DNA from: Selaginella moellendorffii
Taxonomy: Eukaryota > Plantae > Lycopodiophyta
DNA: 64,000 nucleotides
Assembly: GCF_000143415.4 (NCBI RefSeq)
Contig: NW_003314286.1
Span: forward strand, 62,001 to 126,000
Reading direction: 5' to 3'
Position numbers and translations under genes: made by a program. Below the pieces are notes generated by a model. It had not been told where the DNA came from. It was given only the letters and a program-made list of their open reading frames with translations, and did not search any database. Positions 50,262-62,060 of this stretch are shown in pieces. Within the stretch, counting starts at the first letter, position 1; each line of letters opens with the position of its first letter.

Positions 50262-53200
50262 TCATGGATGATGGTGGCTGCTGCTGCTGCTGCTTCCTTT
50301 CCCCCGGAAGAACCGGCTGAATGCCGACGAGGGGGGCTTCTCCGAGGGCGATCCCATGTCCAGGGACTTGGTGAGATCCAGCTCTTTGCTTGCCGACGCC
50401 GCTGCCGCTGCTGCTTTCAGTATCTTGGACTTGGCTGGGGATGTCGACTTGGAGCGTGGCCTTCCTTCCAGGGGGATGCTAGGCACGAACACCTTGCTTT
50501 CACCGTTTTGTTCGCTACCTTCGGTTGCGAGCTCTGGCGTCGGTTCCGCCGGTTTGGCAGCCAAAGTTTCCGCTTCGTCTGGTTTGAGTTTGGTGTTGCT
50601 GGTGCTTTCTTCCGATGTTGAAGGTTCTTCTGCTGCTGCTGCTGCTGGAGATTGAGAGCTCCTCGACATGCTGAGAGACTGTAGTTGCTCCCCAAGATTG
50701 AGGATAGCACGGTGGCACTCGTCCAGTTTCGCCGCGAAATCCACACTCTGCAAAAAGATCGTAATAAGATTTAAAGAGGGAGGGATCACAGTTTTACCTT
50801 TTCGGTGCTCGAGTCTGGAGTAGGCACGACAGGGCTCGAGTTCTTCGTCCTGGAAGAGAAGATTGCGCGTCAGAAAAACAAGGTTTTAATCTGATTTTCT
50901 TACCGGGAGAGTTGCTGCTGAAGAAGATCATCAAGTTCGGCAGCAGCGGCTCGGCTCTTCGACCGTTCCTTCCCAAGCTCCTCCTCTAAAGCTTTTGATC
51001 TCTCCTCGAGTTGAGTTGCTGCATGCAATGCTGCTTTCACTTCGTACTGAAGCTCCGCTTTTGCTGAAAAGCTTTCGGCAAGCTGGTCTTCTGCGAGCTG
51101 CCTCGATTTTGCTGACAGAGCTAGCTCCGCCCTGAGCGATGCCACCAATTCTTCAGCTTCAAACACCTGACTCTTCCACGTTACTTGCGACAATGCCAAG
51201 TCGTGTTCCAGTTCCGCCTTGTCAGCCTCCAGGGTCTGGAAGTCCTGAGTGACCTGCTTCAAGCTTTCATTAGCACGTCGCTGGATTTCTTCTTTCTCTG
51301 CTTTCAGTTCTTTCAGTTCTTGCTCCGCTATGGAAAGTCTGCTGCATTCTTCCTTGACACCGTGAACGATCTCGTTTGTTGTGGCCAGAACGTGTTCAAG
51401 GTCCATTTTCTCGTTTTCCAGTCTGCTACATTCTGCTTCCAAACGTTTGAGGTTGTCGGTGGCGGTTTGCAGTTTCTGCTCAACATCCTCGTTTGTTCTT
51501 CGCAACGCAAGCACTTCCGTTTCCAGCTTCGAGCAGCTCTCCTTGAACTCCACTACAATCTTTGTCAAGCCTTCCACCTCAACGCAAAGTCGTTCTTTCT
51601 CGGTACTAACTTCTTTAAGCTCCTTGTCAGACCGATTGAAGTCACCTTTAACACGCTCAACGTCGTGCATAAAACCATCTTGAATATCTGCGTGCTCGGC
51701 TTTCAATCTCTTGCCCTCCTCCTCTAACGTAGCTATTCTCGTTCTCAGTTGCTGTACGTTCTGTGAAAAGCTCTGCTCCATTTCTTCTTTCTCGATCTTC
51801 AGCTGGTAAAACTCGCTCTGTAAGCTGATAAAACTCGCTTCCTGTGCCTTGAGCTCCTCGTTACTTTGGCAGAGCCTACCTTCCAGCCTAACATTCTGAA
51901 GCTCTAATCGACCAATATCTTCCTGTAATGTGCTCACTCGGCCCCGCTCCATCTTAAGCTGCTCACTGGCCTTCTGCTCCAATAAAGTCCTCTCATCCTT
52001 GTGCTTCTCGAGGCAAAGGTCCATTTCGATACACCGTGCTTCCTTCTCACTGAGAGACCTGTGAAGAGCTTCCTCCCGTAAAAGATACTTGTTGAGAGCT
52101 AGCTTGGTCTCCTCGAGCGACTTTCTACTTTCTTGTTCTTGCTCCATCAAGCGCCTGAGATCTTCCTCCAGTCCGTCAATGGTCTGAAGATGGACGTTCG
52201 TTCTGTTTGAATCCTCATGCCTCTGCTGTGAAGCCTCAGCCAAAGCTTCCTCTAGGTCCTGTTTCTCGTGTTGAAGCTGAACGAAGTCCGCCATCAACTT
52301 CTGGATATCCTGGTTCACTGCGTCGATGTCTTTTTGAGTTGCTAGCTTGTCCTGTCTGCCGCGTTTCAAATCAGTCTCCAACACTTCAATTCTCATAAGC
52401 TGAGACTTCGCCTGCTCGTCGAGCTTTTCCCTCTGAGCTTCCAGTTCTGCCATGACCCCGTTCATCGTCTGGAGGCTCCTCTCAGCTGTCTCCTTTGCAC
52501 AAATCTCTCTGCCAAGGCTCTCTTCGAACTTCTTGCTTAGTTCTTGTACTTGATCACGAGCTTTCGCGTCTGCAGCCTTCAGATCATTTTCCAGAGCAGA
52601 TATCCTCGACTTAAGCTGTTCGACCAAGACCGTTGATGCCGCCAGCTTTTCTTCCATCTCGCGATTTTGCAAGGTAAGATCGTCCAAAACACTAGCATTC
52701 TTGCCAGCACTGTCGTGTAGCGAATCCATTAGCACCACCTTCTCAATTTTCAGGGCAGCAAGGTTCTCTTGATGACGAGCCAATTCCTCTCGCAGCAATA
52801 CTATCTGGCTGTTTGCCGCTGCTAACGCAGCCTCCATATGCAATTCCGGGCTTCGGCCCCGTTCCAGGCCAGCGAGGACGTCCAAAGTGTTGCAAACTTC
52901 GGCGATGAAACTGAAGAAGTCGGCATTTCCTTGCAATAGAGCGTTGCCAGAAGCAGCCAGCCTTTCAAAACTACCATCGACGTCGGCATTTGTCCACTGC
53001 ACCTCGAGTGTTATCTCATCTGTTTTGATCTCGGAGTCAGAAGGTGGCTTCTGCCCGTGTTCAAGCCCACCATCCTGTCCTAAACGCTCTAAACTCCGGA
53101 AAATCTTCCGAGCTAATGGAACCAGTTCCTTCTTTTGCTCGTTTGCTAGCTGATCAACATCTCCATCCCTGGATGGTACCCCATCCACCTGTCCCTGTGC

Positions 53201-54775
53201 ATGGCCATTTGCTGCGGTGTTGTTGTGAACCTGACTTTCCAGAGCGGACACTTTCTTTCTTAAAGCGATAATAACTTCGTTGGCGGCATCAAGGTCCTTT
53301 TGACTCGGGCTCCCGCTTTCCTTCCTCTCCAGTGCCTGACCATTTTCGTGTGGCACATTTGACGTGAGCTTCTCCATCTCCAGAAAGTCATCCATGAGTT
53401 CGAAGCTTGTGGTGTCGAGCAGCTTGTCAGGTTTCTTATCTTCTTTCTTAAACTGCGCCAGCTCGGTGATCAGTGCTGAGGCCCAGGCGTCCGCTTCGTC
53501 TCCATTGCAACTTCCATGGGATGCCTGCTGGTTGTCTCCAAAACTTCTCAAAGCCTCTATGTGCCCGTTCAGACCCATCTTGGAGACGTCTTGTTCCCCA
53601 TAGATACTTGCGAGTTGCTCTTCCACGTTGAGCAGCTTGCCTGCAGTCCGCGCACACATTATTCTTGCCGCCTGGAGCTCTTTGTTCCGCTTGGCAAGTT
53701 CATCCTTCAGTGATTTGGTTTCTTCTTCCAACGCAAACCTGTCGTCCATATCCTTGTTGCTCATTTCAGAGCAGTCGTCCACCGTTTCAGAGAAAGCTCG
53801 TGGTGAGCTCACCAGCCTTCCAAGTGACTTTCTCCGATCCAGCACGTCCACCTCACGTAGGTGCGGGGACGAACCAGCAGTCTTCTTGCGTAGCTGAATC
53901 TTTAGTCTCTGGCAGTCAGCTTCAAGCTTTGAAACCTTTCGCGACGAATCCAAGAGTTGCTGTTTCGCCGCCTCAGACGCCTTCTTGGATTCATTGTTGA
54001 GGCCAACGAGGTCCTTCTTCAGCGCACGTACGTCATGTTTGAGCGCGGCATTTTCCTTCTCGAGACTCTCCACCTTAGTTGACACCTTCTTCACGTCCAA
54101 ATCCGCCTGAACCTTCGCATCTGCTATACGCTGCTCCAGGGATGCATTCTCGGCTGTTGCTTGGAGCACCTGCTCTTCCGCTTCCGTCAGCCTCGCGTCA
54201 AGATCCGTGCGAACCCGATCCCACTCTTTAGTCTTCTCCTCCAGCTCTTCTTGCTTCTGCTCCTGCTCTTCTCGTCCAGTTCGCAGCTGCTTTACACACT
54301 CCTTGAGAGCACCATCCAAGTGAGCAACGCGCTCATCTAGAGCTAGCCTTTGTTGCTGTGCGTTTTCTAGCTGCTGCTTCAACATGGCGGCCTCGGCTTC
54401 TGCCTTCTCCCATCCTGAAGAACAAAATAGTATCGCAAACTTTCATATCAGCTTCAATGAAGGATTGGAGCACATACCTGATATCGCATCCTCGGCAACT
54501 TTGGCATGCTGCTTCACTAAGTTGTCCTTGTTTATAATCTCTTTGAGCGCAACTGTGAGCTTGCTGGTTAGGAGCTGGACGCTTTCATCGCCTTGGTCCT
54601 TCTCCATAGCCGGTGTGTTCTTTCCTAGATCTCCAGAAGCATCACCATTTGGCTCTTTGGCAATGTGGTCGCCATTTTGCGACATGATCAGCTCCTAGAA
54701 GAGAAGATCCCTCAGCCTGTGACAAAGACCAAATATCCCGGAACTACTTACTGGGATATCTACTGCCTCGCTCAT
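50262..54775 (-). CDS. FPP: Filament-like plant protein (FPP/DUF869), long coiled coil
   Basis: KDNLVKQHAKVAEDAIS|GWEKAEAEA, RVAHLDGALKECVKQLR, KVSKLEADCQRL, WASALITELAQF, ELMDDFLEMEKL, AAKLDECHRAILNLGEQL. Confidence 0.92.
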
Positions 54776-56674
54776 GGTGTGATCCAGACCTAGCTCTCGA
54801 TCTGCAAGGAAGTGTGCGTGATCAGGTGATAGAAAACGGAATCCTCGCAGCTCTCAAGAAATTCTTGGCAGGCGCTTTCGCATGGAACGAGCATTAAACC
54901 CGCATTGCCAGGCTACGCACATTGTCCTCTTGCGATGAGGAACAAGGGAAAGGAGAAGAAATCCAGCATTTACCTTTCCTCGCTCTGCCTTACTGCGTCG
55001 AGCCGCCGCCCTGGGCCGCCACAGACTCCTCCCAGCAGCACAAATCTTCGCTAGGCATCAGAAATTCGCTGAAAGCTTCGGCGCACGCTCGGACATCGAC
55101 CGATCCGGCCGCGGCGGCGCATTGATCCGCGCTGGAGACCAGTGACGCCGCGCTAGGGAGGGATGCGAGAAACCCTGATTCTTTCCTCCCTTTCGCACAG
55201 AAAGCCAAGAGCACAGGAGAAATGATGAACGAAATACTTAGAGAGTGGGAAAGTAGAAATTTCACCTTAATTCCCCCCCATTTTTTCACTCGCTTTTACT
55301 TTCGGCGCCCATGCGAATCGAACTTTCATGCGCTCTGCCAGTCCGCCGGATCGCGACACGTGGTGGATCGTAGCGCCGGCATCTATCAACGTGGAGGTCG
55401 TTCTCACGCTGTCAAAGGTAGGTCAAAATGGTATAAAATAATTTATCTTGCCTAGTGATCCTTTTCAGGAGGCTATAGAATTAATTAGTCGAGACCGCTA
55501 ATTAATTTGCATAGCCAGTGGAATATGAACATCGTTGCTTTTTATGTTTGTTCCAACATCAAAATCACATCGCAAATTTTTTTCGCAGCGTTGCTTTCTC
55601 AACAACTGGCACCTAAATCGCAAAAAGAGAGCGAGAAAAATAAAATAAAATTCATGAGACAATCATAATGTATAAAAACTTGAGAGAGACAACTTACTTG
55701 CCCATCGTACCGTGAATCCGTTGTTGTGTAAGAGCTAAGGAAAAACCATTGAAAACTTCGCGCTCTGTGGATGAAATCAATAGAGTAGCAGCACTTTCTT
55801 GCTGGCAATCAATTGCCGCTGCCTTCCAAGCTAAGAATCCCTGCATCCCAAAAATCATTTGAAAGCAGCAAACGGGAAGCCACTTAACTTCGATGGGAAT
55901 GGAAGGGTCTCCTAGATTCCGGCATTTCTCGCAAAGCCATTATCTATCCCCCTGTTCTTGCGATGCACGGAAGCCAGCCAGCCTCTTCCCTGGGGCCTGA
56001 GGATGGTGCTCGCTGCCAAGCCCCTGCAAAAAAGGAAAAAGAGGAAGCTGTCCTGTGAGAAAGAGTTTGGTGGTACTGTCTATGAAAAATGCAAAAAAGA
56101 AATATGTACTAGTGCTCCTACCCACAATGCAAGTGGCAAGGAACCAGAAAAGAGAGGAGGATGAATAAACATAATCCTTGGACTGAGTTTTACGACTGTC
56201 ATCAATGTGGGAGCCAACAAACTCATGCACATGGCAATATGGCTAACGTTTGATGATTCCATTCCACTCTCAGTGAATGCAAGCACAGCAGCAGCGACTC
56301 ACATGCACTAGCTAGACGAAAAGAGAAAGAAAAACAGAAAAGAAAAACGAGAAAAAGTGCGGAAAGAGATTTTCTTACCTGAAAAATCACTGGGACGAAC
56401 GGAAGATCCATGACCAGTTGTTACTTGAAAACAGGAAGGCAAACGGATGCCTGCAAAACAAAAAAGAAAAATAAACATACACACTCAAGGATCAGTTTCA
56501 ACTTTGCAGAGTGGCATACCTTCTTTTCCGATTCTTCTTCTCCTTCGTCACATGTAGGTGGCCGGCTAATGTCTGCTTTTAGCCTCTGTCAAAGCAGAAG
56601 GTTACCTCCGCATCGCAAGCCTGACAGTGACGCCAAATGTTTAGATGAGTGCAGTGCAGCACTAAAGGTTGCAG

Positions 56675-58050
56675 TCATACGAGTGACGTGTGCTTTAGAA
56701 GTGTAACAGTGCAGGAATTGTTGTCGTGATCCTTGGCGAGCATCAGACGTACGTGAGGGACCGACTTCCAGCTCTCGCCGAGCGCTGGCTTCAGCTCCTC
56801 GTCCTCCGCGGCAACAGTGTTGTTTGTGATCTTGCAATAAAAAAGCACGTAAGAGATAGAGTCGACTTGGGAGCAAAGCTGCTCACCAGGACACAGATGT
56901 TGCGGTTGATTGCAATGCTTTTCAGGATCTGAGCAACGGACATCATTAAAGTGTGTCCTGCATTGCAACAGAAGAAAACAAAAGGAAAGATAAGATTTTG
57001 TTTCGCATCGTCAAGCTTAAAGCAGTTGTTCACGCCTTGAGCGTTGTTGCCACCAAGAATTGGAGAAAGAACAGATGCCAGACAGTCAACAATAACTAGC
57101 CGTAAATGCACCGGACCCGGGAATGAACTGTAAAATGATATGCAATCGGAGAACGCAAATGAGAAACATAGGCACAAACCTTGCGGGATCGTATAGACTA
57201 TGAAGCACTTCCAATAGGCCGTGGACATCGTAAACTTTAAAGCAGAAGATCCTTCGCATCGCCTCTTTCACATCGTCCTGCAAAAAGTCGCTGACATGAA
57301 TAACTATGTTCGGACCTTACCTCGATAGCTATCGAGCTACATCTTCTGCCACACATCATTTGCAAAACACGCTCGGCTGAGAAAGAACTCGAGGCATCGA
57401 CATACGCCACAGAAAACTTGTGGTGGTAAGCCACGCATGCGGCAGAGTGCATACACAGCTGAGAACAAAGAAGTGAAACACTCGGTTAGATCAAAGCTAG
57501 TAGAAGACTCTTCCCGTTACTTGAGTTTTTCCGGAAGAGGAAGGCCCCACAAGTTCCGTGATTGTTCCATCCTTCAAACCTCCTTTCAGCAGAGAATCCA
57601 AGCTACACAGCAACAAGTGAATTGTCAAAAACCACACCCTGGACTTCGAGAGCTTTGAGAGACAAACCTTTCAAACCCTGTGGAAAGGGAGCCGGCTTGC
57701 AGATTTTTCTGGAGCATTTCATCTCCATTTTCCCATTTTCCATGACATTCTTCCAGAAACGTGGCCAATTCGGACTTAAACTGCTGACATAAACAGCACA
57801 TCTTAGCCAAAATCAGGCAAATCAACAAACAAAAACCTTCTGAATTTCTGGATCTTCCACGCCAGAATCTAGTTCCTGTGAAACAAAATCCCCCACTACG
57901 AGAAAGAAAACTTCACAAATTCACGAAGGAAAAGAGAGGAAAAAATGTACCTAGCGCAAAGATCATACCTGTGACGATCTTGTTGCGCTCCAGAAACTCC
58001 AAAACACGAGGCGTGAGAGACGCAAAGCCGAGCGTCCGCAACGGCGCCAT
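56675..58050 (-). CDS. RAD51D: RAD51 paralog D
   Basis: [60 protein letters not shown]. The 3' end is uncertain (stop at 56675, or spliced to a stop at 56421). Confidence 0.88.
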
Positions 58051-58201
58051 AGCTTAAACCCTAGCTCCCCGAACAAACCCTAAAAACAAAAATTCGCATT
58101 TCCCGCTCGGATCCAACGGTCACTTTTTGCACGAAATCAGACGCTTATCTCCGCGCCACGTGTTACTAACCCTGGGTTTTGAGAAGGTCGGTGTTTTCTC
58201 G
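58051..58201. promoter_or_regulatory. Bidirectional promoter between RAD51D and NDC1, with telo-boxes
   Basis: 151 bp between divergent ATGs. AAACCCTA at about 58056 and 58075. Confidence 0.65.
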
Positions 58202-60021
58202 ATGACGAGCATGGATTCATCGTCTCTCACCTGGGAGCTCACAGGGAAGCGATGGATGCGCGTAGGGTTCTTCACGGCGGCTGTCACATTTGCGGTGTGG
58301 ATTCTCTGGGAGATCGCTCTGCCGCAAGCATCCTGGGGTTCCTTGATCGCCGCCGCCTTCAGGTTCTTGCTCTTTCAGCTAGCGCAGCTCGTCTTCTTGC
58401 TAGGGCAGCGATTGGTAGTCCAGCCGGAGGACCCTAACTCGTCCTCCATCGCCGACACGCTGCTGGGAATGGTATTGCTGGGCAAGGCGGCATTGGGCTG
58501 GCCGCTAGACCCAGATTACACGTATCTCGTCGTCCAGAGGATCCGGGTTTTGAGAAACAGTTTCGTTCTCGCTATCGCAACCATGGCCTCTGGATTCCTG
58601 TCGCTATGCGCACTCACGCTCTCAGTGAGATCGAAGAGCTCGTTCTTCATCGACATGGGTGTTCGTGGTGCCGCGCTGGGGCTGTGCTACATTTTTCTCT
58701 ACACTTGGGGGAAGGGCCATTTGCTCAAGTTTCCGATCATCCAGGTTCGAGGGAAAAACACTTGTTTTTGATACTTCTTTCGCTCACAAACTCTTTTTCG
58801 TGTTGTTTTTGTGTTCTCAGAGACAAGTTTACTTCAGTATGAAACTGGGGATGACTTTGGCATTGCGCTCGGCACTTAGAATGGCAGTGCTCTCCATTCC
58901 AGTCGCGGAGGTCCTCGTAAGATCCTTGCACCGATGTCTTGCTGGTAACTGGGGGCCCTTCTCTTTGTGGCACCAAGTCATCTATGTTGTCGGAGCGTTC
59001 TTTGTCGCTCTGATCTGGAACTTGTGCTGCCACTTTATCCAGGTATGCATGACGCGAGTCTTTTTGTGATCCGTTTTGTTGATATGTGTGTTTGTGATTC
59101 TTCAGGTGATTCACACGAGACGGTTCGTGTTTGCGCCACCCCCGGGATCAGCTGCAGCCGAGACTAATCCGACAGAGCCGCTTCTTTCGGTTTTGGAAGA
59201 CGACGAGGACTTGATCAGGCAGTACCTTGGATTCCTGGACCTGTTCATCCTATCAGGAGTCTCCGAGATAAATGTTGAGGCCTGGCGGCGAGCGGCATTC
59301 TTCGAAGAAAGCGGTGAAGCTTACAAGAAGGTCATCACGCTCTGTCTGCGACCACTTGACAGGCTTACAGTGAGGCTCCTGAAGGGTCTGGAAAGTGCGC
59401 AAGTAGGTGGTACCAAAGATCACATACCGGGTGCTGAACAAGGTGTGCATGCCAAGGAGAACTTTCAAGAATTGCAAGTAAGTAGCATGTTTTTTCAGAC
59501 TGAATTGTACTCATCAGCTCCATGCTTGGCAGCTTTGCTCGTGGTGTGCGGGCATTGTGTCTTCGCTGACGGCATTCTCACGCACCGAAGACCGATATGG
59601 CGTTGCGCAGCTAACTGGCTCCAATGCGGCGGTACTGGCATCGCTCATATCCTGTCTGCTTATCCTGGACGTCTACCTGGGACGTCGTAGTGGTTTCGGA
59701 GCTTTGAGCCTCGTCAGCCCGAACGGGATCCGGTGGGCCGTGCCGTTCCGAGGAGCTCTGCTGGACGCGGATAGGAAGCAAAGCGCTCTTTTCAAGAAGA
59801 AGTCTCTCCAGCACAGGAAAGCACACGTAATGGCGGATGTTCTTCGGACAGCAATCTACAGGATCGTGGCAGTTTTCAGGGAGGAGATGGTAGTGACTGG
59901 CTCTGGCACCGTCTCGTATGCTCTCGCGGAACGAGACTGGCTGAGTAGGAACAAGCCTCTCTTTGGGACACCCGAGATGCACCTCCAGAAGCTGGGACAG
60001 TTTATAGAGTTCCAGGAGTAG
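58202..60021 (+). CDS. NDC1: Transmembrane nucleoporin NDC1
   Basis: N-terminal TM helices. [61 protein letters not shown]. Confidence 0.88.
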
Positions 60022-60150
60022 GATGGAAGAAGACACAGTTTTGACGGGATTTGGTAATGTTGCGGTTTAGATGTATCAACAGGGTTGTGAGGAGAGCTTC
60101 CTCGACTTGTTAGAAGGTTCGTCTTTCTTTTTTCTTTCTACACTTGTGTT

Positions 60151-60879
60151 TTATGCGCTGATCGGAGCTCTTGGTGGTGCAGCTGAGTCGGGATCACTCG
60201 TTTGATAGCTATAAGGTGGCGCTTCGCTTTGGAGCTGCATCACCGACGTCATGACTTGCGCGAGCTCCGCCTGCGTGTGGTTGAGCTCCAGCATATGGGA
60301 CAGGACAGAGTTGAAGGACTGGAGCGTCTCCTGGACGCTCTGGAGCGTGCTGAGGTTGTCCTTGCTGCCGGACTGGGACTGGATCGCCTCGAGACCCTCC
60401 ACCAGGGACAGTGCCTCGATCACTTGGAGCTGGGTCTGATTGAGATCGGGGAAGGACAGGGATTCTCGGATGCTCTGGAGCTGCTGCTGGGTCTCCTGGA
60501 TGGCTTCACGCAGGTCAATGAGCATATCTCTAGTGAGGACGCCAGTGTTGTCACCACTCCCCGAAGGTTGATCACCACTGCTGCCACTTCCGCCGCCGCC
60601 GTTGTCACCACCACCACCACTACCGCCACCTCCTCCACCTCCTCCTCCGCCAGGTCCGCCACCACCGCCAGGACCATTTGGACCTCTCGGATCCGTCACA
60701 TTTGAAGAAGATCCACGAGAACCACCTGGAAACAAAAGCAAGCACCAGATCGAGTTGGAAAGGTAAAAGATCGAGCTCTCACTTTCGGTGGTATTTTCGC
60801 CAAGACAACTTCTCCAGTGGATGGAATGGAGCAGCAGGAGCACCAGCAGCAGTAGCTGGAAATTCGAAGCCGTGATCAT
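60151..60879 (-). CDS. Unknown secreted Gly-rich/helical protein, paralog 1
   Basis: Signal peptide MITASNFQLLLLVLLLL, intron 60726-60782, DPRGPNGP plus poly-Gly, acidic amphipathic helical domain. Confidence 0.8.
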   Translation of the reverse strand: MITASNFQLLLLVLLLLHSIHWRSCLGENTTESESSIFYLSNSIWCLLLFPGGSRGSSSNVTDPRGPNGPGGGGGPGGGGGGGGGGSGGGGDNGGGGSGSSGDQPSGSGDNTGVLTRDMLIDLREAIQETQQQLQSIRESLSFPDLNQTQLQVIEALSLVEGLEAIQSQSGSKDNLSTLQSVQETLQSFNSVLSHMLELNHTQAELAQVMTSVMQLQSEAPPYSYQTSDPDSAAPPRAPISA

Positions 60880-61109
60880 CCTGAGAGATTGGCAGTAGCA
60901 GGCATGAGACTCGAAGTGGGCCAAAGTTTCATCCATATATAAGACTGGTCGAGGAAGCGTGTCTTTCTCGATCCAAATTTTGTGGAACATGTCCTTTGGG
61001 TTGTCTTGCCAGTACTGGAGTGCCTTTCTCGTGAAAGCACACACTTCTTTCTAAAGTCAAACTCGTCAGACTATAGTCAACTTAAGTCAAATCGTATAAG
61101 AAATCTACT

Positions 61110-61799
61110 CTAGATTCCTAGGGGCGGCGCCGCTCTTGGCGAGGAGGCTCGATCCGGGTCGCGGGCCTGGAAGCTAGCGGGCGGCGTATCGCTCTGGAGC
61201 TCGATGATCGAGGCCATGACCTGGGCGAGATCTTCCTGCGTCTGGTTGAGCCCCAGCATCAGGGAGAGGACATTGTTGAAGTACTCGAGAGTCTCCTGGA
61301 TGGCCTTGAGCGTGTTCAAGCTGTTCTTGCTGCTTGCCTGGAGATCCTCAAGCCCCTCCACCAGCGACAGCGCCTCCACGACCTGGAGCTGGGTGGCATT
61401 CAAGGTCGGGAAGGAGAGCGACTGCCGGATGCTCTGGAGCTGCTCCTGGGCCTCCCCGATCGCGTCGCGGAGATCGATGAGCATGTCCATGTTGAGGATC
61501 CCGTTCTCGTCACCTGATGGTTGACCACCACCACCACCACCACCACCACCACCGGCACCCCCACCTCCCGGTTGACCGCCGCCGCCGCCAGGACCATTCG
61601 GACCTCCCGGGCCTCTTGGATCAGTCATGTTGGAGGAACCACCTATGAAGAACCCAAGAAATCGATGTCACCAAAGAAATGTATGGTGGTTTTTACCATT
61701 CTGGGTGGTGGAGTTTGTGCTGCTACTAGCGTTTCCCGAGTGGATCCAGTGGGCGAGCAGCAGTAGCAGGAGACTGGACGTCCAAATCTTGAGAATCAT
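61110..61799 (-). CDS. Unknown secreted Gly-rich/helical protein, paralog 2
   Basis: Signal peptide MILKIWTSSLLLLLLA, one intron at the same position, DPRGPGGPNGP plus poly-Gly. Helical domain colinear with paralog 1. Confidence 0.8.
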
Positions 61800-62060
61800 C
61801 GCAAAGAAATGCTTGGGCGAATGTGTTTGAGGGCGTGAGTTTCTTATACCGGGGAATGGATGCAATCATAGAGCATGTCCTTTGGGTTGCCAAGCTAATC
61901 ACTGAATCATTGATCCACATAGAACGTCTCCGTGAATCCCAGCGAATATACTCCATGTAGCCCTAATTTTGACCACGTTTGAATACTCCATAAACCCTAA
62001 TTTGACTATGTTTGACTTGATGAATATTCGAAGGATATAGGTTTTGGGTTTGTGTCGGCT

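Noticed and set aside
60985-60994. p53-like RRRCATGYYY half-site in the conserved promoter element
   Set aside because: Plants lack p53, so the match is coincidental.
60880-61044. N-terminal extension of the 297-aa ORF
   Set aside because: It starts at a non-ATG codon and spans the TATA region. The ATG at 60879 matches the paralog and begins the signal peptide.
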